A DNA stretch of 63,216 bases, counting the filler, from Pirum gemmata (lineage: Eukaryota), in NCBI GenBank assembly GCA_002812295.1. It is 24 parts of 24 records of this genome, joined end to end, with 100 filler letters (N's around TTAATTAATTAA, not from the genome) between each part and the next. Parts side by side here need not be neighbours in the genome. Positions count along the whole stretch, not along the records: positions 50,764 to 54,072 come from PDIN01006224.1; positions 54,173 to 56,645 come from PDIN01006225.1; positions 56,746 to 60,669 come from PDIN01006226.1; positions 60,770 to 63,216 come from PDIN01006227.1; 20 more parts are not named here. One strand, written 5' to 3'. A model generated the notes under the pieces. It did not search any database and was not told the DNA's origin. It saw nothing but the letters and a program-made list of their open reading frames with translations. Of the stretch, positions 53,619 to 63,216 are shown piece by piece. Position 1 is the stretch's first letter. Each line of letters starts with the position of its first letter. Made by a program: the position numbers and the translations under genes.

Positions 53619-55524
53619 GTTGATATATATTTATATATATTTAATCTTTATTTTTTAATTTACAATAGTTAATAAAGTTAACTAATTGTGGTAATTAGTT
53701 TGTACTAATTTCCAAGGATATACCCCTATTAAATTGTTTATATGATTGTGTGTTTTTTAGTTTGTGAATATGGGTGTGGTGGTTGTGGCAGAAATTGGGT
53801 TAGGGTCAAGGTTATGGTTAGAGTTATGGTTAAGTTTAGCGTTAGCGTTAGGTTTAGGTTTAGGGTCAGGGTTAGCGTTAGGGTTAGTGTTAGGGCCAGG
53901 GTTAGGGTTAGCGTTAGGGTTAGCGTTAGGGTTAGGGTTAGCGTTAGGGTTAGAGTTCGAGTTAGAGTTAGGGTTAACGTATAAGTTAATCAATTATTAT
54001 AAATTCTCTATATATGGGTTAGGGTTAGGGACTGTTAGGGTTAGGGTAGGGGTATGAGTTATAAAACTGACCNNNNNNNNNNNNNNNNNNNNNNNNNNNN
54101 NNNNNNNNNNNNNNNNTTAATTAATTAANNNNNNNNNNNNNNNNNNNNNNNNNNNNNNNNNNNNNNNNNNNNTGAGAATAATTACATATATTTATAACTA
54201 AAAGAATAATATTTATTATAATAATAATATGTAATATATATAATATAGCTTTTTTGGTTTATTAATGTTAAAATATTAATATTCACTTTGCAATATTAAT
54301 TGATATTAATATGAATAATTATATACGCGTACACGTACGGCGGCACTTATTTTTCTTGTCATATTAATTCAAGCGTCGATAATATAATATATAATATATA
54401 TTAATATTCTAATATATATTTATTAATAATGCCGATCGAATATCCCTGATCGTGTTTTTCAATAGTGTTGACAAGTTCAAAAGTTCAATAACTGAAATAA
54501 ACGTTTTATTATTATTAATAATATTATAGTTAAAACTATCAGACATATGCATGTTTTAATTAATTTGGTATAAAATACTTAATGTTTTGTAGTATAGTGC
54601 TTTTCATTTGTTTTGTCATTATAAAGTATACACTAAATAGTACCAAATTAATATAATATAAATCCATTTAATCTAATTTGGTATATTTTGCTATCTGTAT
54701 ATTGATTTAAAATTGACAATTTAAAGATTATAATCATCCAAATAAATATTCGGAGTGACAAAATAAATGAAATGTATTATTAATAATACGATATTTTATA
54801 AAAGTTTATATTTTAATAAACAAGTTTATGATTAATTATTAATACACGTGTGCACGTAGACCCCCCTCCCTCTAAATATATATATACAAAATAATCTAGC
54901 TAGCTAGCTACTAGACCCCAAAGGTCTAGCTATTATTATTATAAATATTAATAATTGTATTATCATATAAATAATTGTATATAATATATATATTGTTAAT
55001 TAATAATTAATGATATATTATAATTATATATAATATATATTATATACATCATTAATATTATGATAAATAATAATATAATATTAGTCATTGATCATGATCA
55101 ATTATACATCATAATATTAATTATAATGATGTATTTAAATTTATATTATTATAATTAATATAATGTATACTTCACCAGAAGGGATCCCGGAGTGAAGATT
55201 AGTATTAAGAACCTCTCCATTGGTATCAGGATACCAATATTAATATAATAGAAGTGCAGTGAATATATGTTATAAATACGTATACACTGTAGTAAATTAA
55301 AACAATTCGAAAAACAATAAGAATACGAATAATAAAAATAACAAAATTATCATCATCAACAACAGCAACAATAGAACAATAACAAGAATATAAGGAAAGA
55401 ATATAGACATTTTGCATTAGAATTAACAAATGAAATGGTTGATGTTTAAAAAACAAATGCAAAACCAAAGACTATTAAGAATTGTATATTATACCGATTT
55501 TTTAATAAAGAAGGCTTATCCGAA

Positions 55525-56020
55525 GTACTTTATTTTTTAACAGACGTTAATATTAATATGAGTATTTACAATATATTCTTAATTAAATAGACAAGACTAT
55601 TTAAGAATGTAAAAACTCATATTTTATTTATTTTTTAACAGACGTTAATATTAATTAATATGAGTATTTGCAATAATATATTCTTAATTAAATAGACAAG
55701 ACTATTTTTAAAGAATGTAAAAACTCATATTTTATTTATTTTTTAACAGACGTTAATATTAATTAATATGAGTATTTACAATATATNTTTACAATATATT
55801 CTTAATTAAATAGACAAGACTATTTAAGAATGTAAAAACTCATATTTTATTTATTTTTTAACAGACGTTAATATTAATATGAGTATTTGCAAATAGACAT
55901 GTAAAAACTCATATTTTATTTATTTTTTAACAGACGTTAATATTAATATGAGTATTTGCAATATATTCTTAATTAAATAGACAAGACTATTTAAGAATGT
56001 AAAAACTCATATTTTAACGT
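55525..56020. repeat. About five tandem copies of an ~100-bp AT-rich minisatellite
   Basis: TTTTTTAACAGACGTTAATATTAAT...AAATAGACAAGACTAT...GTAAAAACTCATATTTT repeated. Confidence 0.9.
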
Positions 56021-58151
56021 CTATATAATTATATTGCAATTATATTGTTAGTTACAAAAAATTGATCATGATAACGATATGACTGCAATAATAAATTATA
56101 TGTATAATTATTATTTAAATTTATGTATAGCGATATCATACATATAGAAGTATTAATAGCAAATAATCAATTTAACGTCTATATATATATGTAATATATA
56201 CTAAGTTAGAGTTAGGGCTAGGGTAAGGGTTAGGGTTAGGGCTAAGGTTAGGGTTAGAGCTAGGTTAATTAAAGGCTATATATAGCTAACACTAACGTCA
56301 ACCCATTCTGCAGCTGGTTCTTGAATAATTTCATAGATTTATATAATGGTTCATGTAGATTTGTTAGTTTTAAAAGTGTATTTTAATATTAATACATATT
56401 TTCTTATTTATAATTATAAAAAATCAAATTTAAAAGTATTGTATATTTTAATACTAATACTAACCCTAACCCAAACCTGACCGTTAATTAAAAGTGTTCT
56501 CTTATAATTATAAAAAATCAATTAAAATTTAAAGTATTGTATACTAATACTAACCCTAACCCAAATCTAACTGTAACCGTAACCGTAACACTAAACCTCA
56601 AAATAATATAATAATAATAATAATTAATAATAATATTAATAATAANNNNNNNNNNNNNNNNNNNNNNNNNNNNNNNNNNNNNNNNNNNNTTAATTAATTA
56701 ANNNNNNNNNNNNNNNNNNNNNNNNNNNNNNNNNNNNNNNNNNNNGACTAATAAATAAAGTTCAAAGCTAATTTAACTAATGACAGAATAAAATTTTTTA
56801 AACACGTTACAAAAAAAAAATTCAGCATCATAGTAGAACTGTAGAACACTATTATAATCATAGCAAACAAATTTTGCAATTTCTTTATTTAGAATAAAAA
56901 TGCAAACACGTTTTCGATATTTTTTTTGATCCTTTATTTAGCTAAAAAAAAAAGTGTACCCAGATGTCGATTAAAGAGTTTGAAATACCAATCTAGATGT
57001 CTTAGGTGACAAAAATGCCCTTCTAGATTCAATTACATGTTCAGATATTTCAGATTTTTTACTAGAAAAGAACAGGCAAACACTTCCTAACTATATTATG
57101 TGAAATAAAAAATGACACCTGATTAGATATTTTCGGGGGGCTTCACTTTATTTGTAATTGTTTGTACTATTTTTTTTTTACGATAAAAAAAAATAATTTT
57201 GACACAGTATCAAACTATAATATTATATGACCGTGTGAACTAATTTATAAATTATTATTATTATTATTATTAGTAAACTATTAGTAAACTATCCAATATA
57301 TATTATGTATAACAGTAATTTATAATATGACAGTATATCACTGTATATAAATGTATGACAGTATATCACTGTATATTAATTAACGACTGTATGTATATGA
57401 ATGTATAACAGTATATCACTGTATATTAACCTAGAAGGGTTTAAATTTGAGTTAATTAAAAAGCACGTTGGTCAAGCACTTTTAAGCCCTTAAAAAACTC
57501 TACCTTGCCTTCAAGCCCTTACTTCTAACCTTCAAATCCTATTTTTAAGACACTGGATTTCTTAATTACGTAGATATACAGTGACCAAGATAATAATAAG
57601 TGTAAAATAACAGTGTCTATGCCAAGTGTGTATGTGTATCCAGTCATGTAATATTCTGTAAATTAGAATTAGGTAAATAATATGCTAATTGCAATTATAG
57701 AACACCAACAACAAAATCCAATCAAAATTCTAATAATAATAAAACTAATAATATATTCTGCAGTTGATACAGTATCAACTGTAGTTTATAATGAATAATG
57801 ATATCATAAATAACGATAATGTTTCCCTATCATATGGGTGGGTCAAATTTTATTGTGAGTAAAATACACAATTACACATTAGTACACATTACATTTTCCA
57901 ACCTGTTACGGGGGGGTGTAAGGTACTGTTACCTTGTATTGCGTTTGATATTGAAGTATACAGTTCAATAGCCAATACATTTCCTGATGCTGAAATACAC
58001 AATTATTTTTATTTTATTTTTTTTTTCCTGTAATTCTTTTTAAAAGGGTGTTGACCAATTTGTTTTTTTTTAATTTTTTTTTCATAATCAGTGTAATGCT
58101 CCTTTCAGCTACAAAGACTTAGTTTAATAGTAGTAGTAGTAGTAATAGTAA

Positions 58152-58221
<70 letters not shown>

Positions 58222-58392
58222 NATAATTAGTAATAATAATAATAATAATAATAATGGTTAATGGTCATGGTGGGGTTCGGCGAGGCTCGGGAACAAGAAA
58301 AAGAACAAGTATTAATATAATAATACATGGGCTGGAGAAAGAAGAAAAATAGGTTTTTCTTTTTTTCTCGTCACTATATTATTTTTATTTTA

Positions 58393-58425
<33 letters not shown>

Positions 58426-58940
58426 ATAATTTCTTATTATTAGTATTATTATTATTTCATATTTATTTATTTATTATTTATTTATTTATTTATTTATTTA
58501 TTATTGTTATTATTGTTATACTGCAATTAGATAATGTAACAATAACAAAGGAAAATAATATTTTTAATTGATAATTTGATGTTATAGCTGTTTATATTTA
58601 TCAATATTAATTAATAATTAGCTGTTTTGTCACAATGAATTACAGTACATAACTTCCAACCCATGGGCTAAACAAAGCAACAAAAGAATACACACACTCT
58701 ATGAAATATACCACCATGCAGAATAGCATTGTAAATATAAATTTAAAAAAGTTAATCGGGTCAAATATTTTAATCCTTGGAAATCAAAACCACATAATAC
58801 GCACGTATCCCTCACCAACGAATTAATACCAGCTTCTTGTAGAATGACAGAAAGCTTTGGTTGAAAAATGTGTAATGACCCGAATTCAACCATGGGTGGG
58901 AATTAGATTTACTTTTGATCAGAAATATAATAATAATAAT

Positions 58941-58974
<34 letters not shown>

Positions 58975-59225
58975 TTTTAAAGTTTGTTATTATGCCATTT
59001 AGTTCCATTTCATAACATTAAAAATACCAAATTAATTAAGATATTTCAATTATAAGTTTAAACATATGAAATAACATTTTAAATTAAAGTTTGTTATTGT
59101 GCCATTTCATAATAACATTAAAAATACTAAGTTAACATATTTCAATTATAAGTTTAAACATATTTATTGCAGTACATAATATAATTATATATACATATGA
59201 AATACCGTCTATATATAAAAAAAAC

Positions 59226-60131
59226 TTAATTACAATACATAACACATACATCTCCGACCCATGGGCCAGACAAACCTTGTCCGCAACCTCTATTATTTGT
59301 GCAGTCGATCCAACTAGTAACGCCTTGGCATCCTGCAGGTGACATCAAAGCATCACAAGTGTCACCAGCTTGAATAGTTATAGTTCCACAACAAGTCGGT
59401 GAACAATCAACGTCAGTTCCTCCGAAACAAGATTGCCCACCAGGGCATTCTTCACTTTGACCTCCAGGGCACTCTGGAGCTCCACATGTGTTCGCTGAAG
59501 CCCAATCATAACCACATCTATTAACACACACTACATCAGTTCCTGCTTTACAAGTCTGGCCTGCAGGGCATTCTGAATCCAAACCAGAAGGACAAGGATC
59601 AGCTGTACATTGATTTGCGTTGGCCCAGTTCGAACCACATCTAGCAGTTGGATCACCACTTCCACTTCCACCATCGCATACTACGTCTATTCCCCCTTTA
59701 CATGATTGACCGTCTGGGCATTCCGAATCTAAACCAGAAGGACATGCTTGAGCAGTACATGTATTAGCATCTCCCCAAGTAGCACCGCATCTCTGTGTAA
59801 TCGGCCCGCCAGGGTTTGAACCACATCCACTAACACTCATTCCCCCTTTACATGATTGGCCTGGAGGACATTCACCATCAGTTCCTCCTGGGCACGTTTG
59901 TGCTGAACATTGATTAGCCTCAGCCCAGGTAGCGCCACATCTTGGAGTGGTGTCTGGGTCAGTAAATTTAGAAATAACGTTAGCTTTGGATTTCCAGTTC
60001 TTTGTGTGCCCAACTTTTCTTCCAGGGTTTTGACCATTTTTCCATCCATTTTTCCATCCGTTACTTTTTGCTTCAGTTTCAGAAACAATGCATGCGGAAG
60101 CAGCGATTAGAGCAAGAGTAACGAATTTCAT
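59226..60131 (-). CDS. Secreted Cys/Gly-rich repeat protein: four CG..W..AN.C....CP.G...ECP.GQ.C repeats plus a C-terminal LysM-like module
   Basis: Signal-like MKFVTLALIAASACIV; four ~45-50-aa six-Cys repeats; ITIQAGDTCDAL...WVGDVCV resembles Cys-type LysM. Confidence 0.85.
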   Translation of the reverse strand: MKFVTLALIAASACIVSETEAKSNGWKNGWKNGQNPGRKVGHTKNWKSKANVISKFTDPDTTPRCGATWAEANQCSAQTCPGGTDGECPPGQSCKGGMSVSGCGSNPGGPITQRCGATWGDANTCTAQACPSGLDSECPDGQSCKGGIDVVCDGGSGSGDPTARCGSNWANANQCTADPCPSGLDSECPAGQTCKAGTDVVCVNRCGYDWASANTCGAPECPGGQSEECPGGQSCFGGTDVDCSPTCCGTITIQAGDTCDALMSPAGCQGVTSWIDCTNNRGCGQGLSGPWVGDVCVMYCN

Positions 60132-60624
60132 TTTTCTTTAATTATTATTAAAAGCTTTTATTAAGGTTGATATTACTAACTATTACTGTTTTTACAAATT
60201 AATTATAATTTTCTTTTCCTCCTCGTTTTTTTCCAGCCTTTTATATAAAAAATATACACATATTGGAAAAAATGAAAAAAACTGACAGAAAAAAAAAATT
60301 ATAATAATATATTAAATTTTATAGCATAATACAAATATTCTTATGCAATACAGTGCAATTCTCCATTATATTAATGCAAATTAAATCTAATTGAGTAAAA
60401 ATAAAGACTACAATAATAATAATAATACAATTTGTTATGTGTTGTTTTGTCATAAAATATACAATAAATAGTACCAAATCAATACAATTTGGTATATTTT
60501 ATAATTTGTATATTTATTTAAAAGTGTCAATTTAAATATTATAACCCCCCAATAAATATTTAGAGTGACAATTTAAATGAAAAGCACGGCATTTTTTGTG
60601 ATTTGTTATTATTATTATTATTAC

Positions 60625-60657
<33 letters not shown>

Positions 60658-61030
60658 TTAAGGGAGCGTNNNNNNNNNNNNNNNNNNNNNNNNNNNNNNN
60701 NNNNNNNNNNNNNTTAATTAATTAANNNNNNNNNNNNNNNNNNNNNNNNNNNNNNNNNNNNNNNNNNNNTTTTTTTAGGGAAATAATTAGTAAAAAAATC
60801 TAGATAGTCTAGATTTACTTTTTTTTGCTTTAGTTTGGCTTTTATGAGCTTAAAGTTGTAGTCTGGCAACAAAGTATAAGTGTTTATAGAATGGGCAATG
60901 ATGCTATGAAGAAAATTCAATAACAAAATTAGCCTGTTTTAAAAGCTCTAGATTAGCTTTTTAATTTAATTGGCTTAATTTTTTTTAAATCAGCAAAGTC
61001 ACATGATGCATAAACATCGAGTTACTAGTT

Positions 61031-61061
<31 letters not shown>

Positions 61062-63216
61062 CGAATTCATTTCGAAATATTTTGATATCTAGAATTGTTC
61101 AGCTCGTTAAAAGCTGCTGCATAACAGTTTTATTTTTTCGATACCATGTCTGGGTGTCGAGATATGGGCGAGCAAAAATGGGTTAGTTAATGTTATGTAT
61201 AGATTGCCCCCACCATAATTAAAAAAAAAAATTTTATTTATACGTGATTTGTTACTCTGCCAGGTGGTGGCCTGGTCAGGGTCTCGGGGTGTCCCCCCGG
61301 CTCGTGTTTACATGTTTTAAAATTTATTTGGTATTTTATAATTAATATATGATCATAGTATTTTATAAATAAGTTCAATTATATACTTAAACAGTATCAA
61401 ATTAAAGATTGAGATGACAGTCAGAGTAACAAACGTTATTGGCTTTTTTAACCATTCTATCAGGCATGTTAGTGTATTTTATAGTTTATAAACAAGCTCA
61501 ATTATACACTCAAATGGTACCAAATTTAAGATTGAGATGACAGCTGTAATGACGATATTCCTAGGACGATATTCCATAAAGATATTAGACCCCACACAGA
61601 CCCCAACCGTTTCTAGGTAGACCAGACCCTATAGAAAATTAAATGCCTCTTAAAATTAAGGTTTAGTTAGGCAGTATCGTAGTATCGTGCTTTTCATTTA
61701 TTTTGTCGTTCTGAATATTTATTTGGAGGGTTATAATATTTAAATTGACATTTTTAAATTAATGAATATATAATAAAATAAACCAAATTAAATAAAACGG
61801 ATTTATATTTTATTGATTTGGTACTATTTATTATTTATTTTATGACGACAAAACAACAGTTACTGAAACTTCTAAAAACATCATTCTATGATAACACGCA
61901 CGGAGAAGCGTGTAATACTTGTAATACTACTGTCTATATTATACTATAACTCAAATATTTATAACTATTTACTATTTATCTATTTATATCATATTTTATA
62001 TAGTTTATTAATAAATAATAAATTATTATCATAAATACCTGTGGCTGTGATCAACACTGATCAACATGTGCACAGAATCCACCGATGGGCACACAGACTA
62101 GCAGCCCGCCTCAGCGGCCGGCGGCCGCACAAGCAAGCCGAGATAGAGCTTTTCCCAATTCTACTCTTTTTTTAAAAAAATCGAGTTTTCAAGCCTATTT
62201 ATTAATTAAATAAGTTCGAAATTTCGAGCTTACAATTAAGTAATCAAATATATTTATTTATTTATTTATAAACCCGAAAAAATGGGAAAAATAATATTCG
62301 AACAGAGCTGAATTTTGGCTTTTTTTTTATAGAAATTCGAGTTTTCGAGCTCGCAGCCCGCCGAACAATACCACCGTTACCACGAGTTGAAAAAAAATCC
62401 TTTCCTCCAATCATTGCTCTTACGTTTTCTAAATAAGGCAAGTCTAGCTACTAGATATTTTTCGTAGAAACCTTATTAGGTTAAAAAATAACATGTCACG
62501 TCAAGGGGTAGGTAGGTAGGTGGTAATTGACATGGAATTAACGTTCAAGGGGTAGGTAAGTAGGGTATTTGAAGCTGTATTGGAACGCTTCCTAAATCTG
62601 TATAATAAATTTATTCAATTTTCCAAAAAAGGGTGTGATTTTGTTTGTAAAGCAGCAATCAAAAAACGTCAAAAAACGTCAAACTTTTATTAGTATCATA
62701 GTCAAATAATGCGTCACTTCAAGGGTAGGTAGGTAGGTGCTATTTGACCGGAAATTAACGTCGAGGGGTGGGTAGGTTAGAGGTATTTGAAGCTGTTACG
62801 TAGCGTTACGTAGTATTTGAGCGCTCCCTTATTTATTGGCAAATTTTTTGTTAATTTATCGAATTTTCAAACCATAATATTACATTAACTCGAAAAATAA
62901 ATTTAATATTTTCGAACATTTTTTTTGGGGTAATTCTCAAATTGTTTTCTTTATTTGGTGCAATCAGGTTAGAATTGAAGACTAGAAAATTTCGATCAAA
63001 CAATGACAAAATAATTCTACCCATAATTACCTTTTTCATAGTTAGAATTTTGATTTAGAGATAAGGATTTTCTGATATATATTTTTTTTTTAAAAAAGCT
63101 TTGTATAAAATACTATGAATGTTCTTATCAAAAAAGAAATCTGGTGCCAGATTTTAGTGGGTTCCCATTGCTTGAATTTGCATCAACCTATGTTATTATT
63201 ATTATTATTATTATTA

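Noticed and set aside
61255..62140. GC-rich islands (also 22600-22650 and 58268-58295) as tRNA, snRNA or rRNA genes
   Set aside because: I could not recognise a cloverleaf, T-loop, Sm site or rRNA motif; an Infernal/Rfam search would be needed

Overview
Very AT-rich eukaryotic (protist-like) draft genome sequence, not a prokaryotic locus. The window is about 24 unrelated contigs, mostly ~2.4-2.5 kb, joined by an artificial 100-nt linker (N-run + TTAATTAATTAA + N-run), so neighbourhood across linkers means nothing. Most contigs break in microsatellites (AAT, AAC, AGT, ATC, TTAGGG). Genes I can support, mostly partial and with GT-AG introns: a GAF-domain last exon; a frameshifted GT10 fucosyltransferase; a Vts1/Smaug-like SAM protein with Q/N-rich regions; a multi-domain GH16 glucanase; a GATA zinc-finger factor; a decayed RI-type LRR gene; a convergent pair of PH-like paralogues; an EST1/SMG5-7 protein; an ABCG transporter 5' end; a kinase with a split N-lobe; and two secreted Cys-rich proteins. 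At least six MITE families recur. The most interesting signals are: (i) the GH16 architecture of betagamma-crystallin-like repeats, an HPEWYP Cys module and GH16; (ii) a GATA reading frame interrupted by six TAA codons that an in-frame intron may remove; (iii) degenerate tandem copies of gene ends at several unlinked genes; (iv) telomere-like repeats filling introns and sitting just upstream of start codons; (v) a 32-bp TIR-only element with a 7-bp target duplication. All family calls are by eye from motif memory, with no database search.
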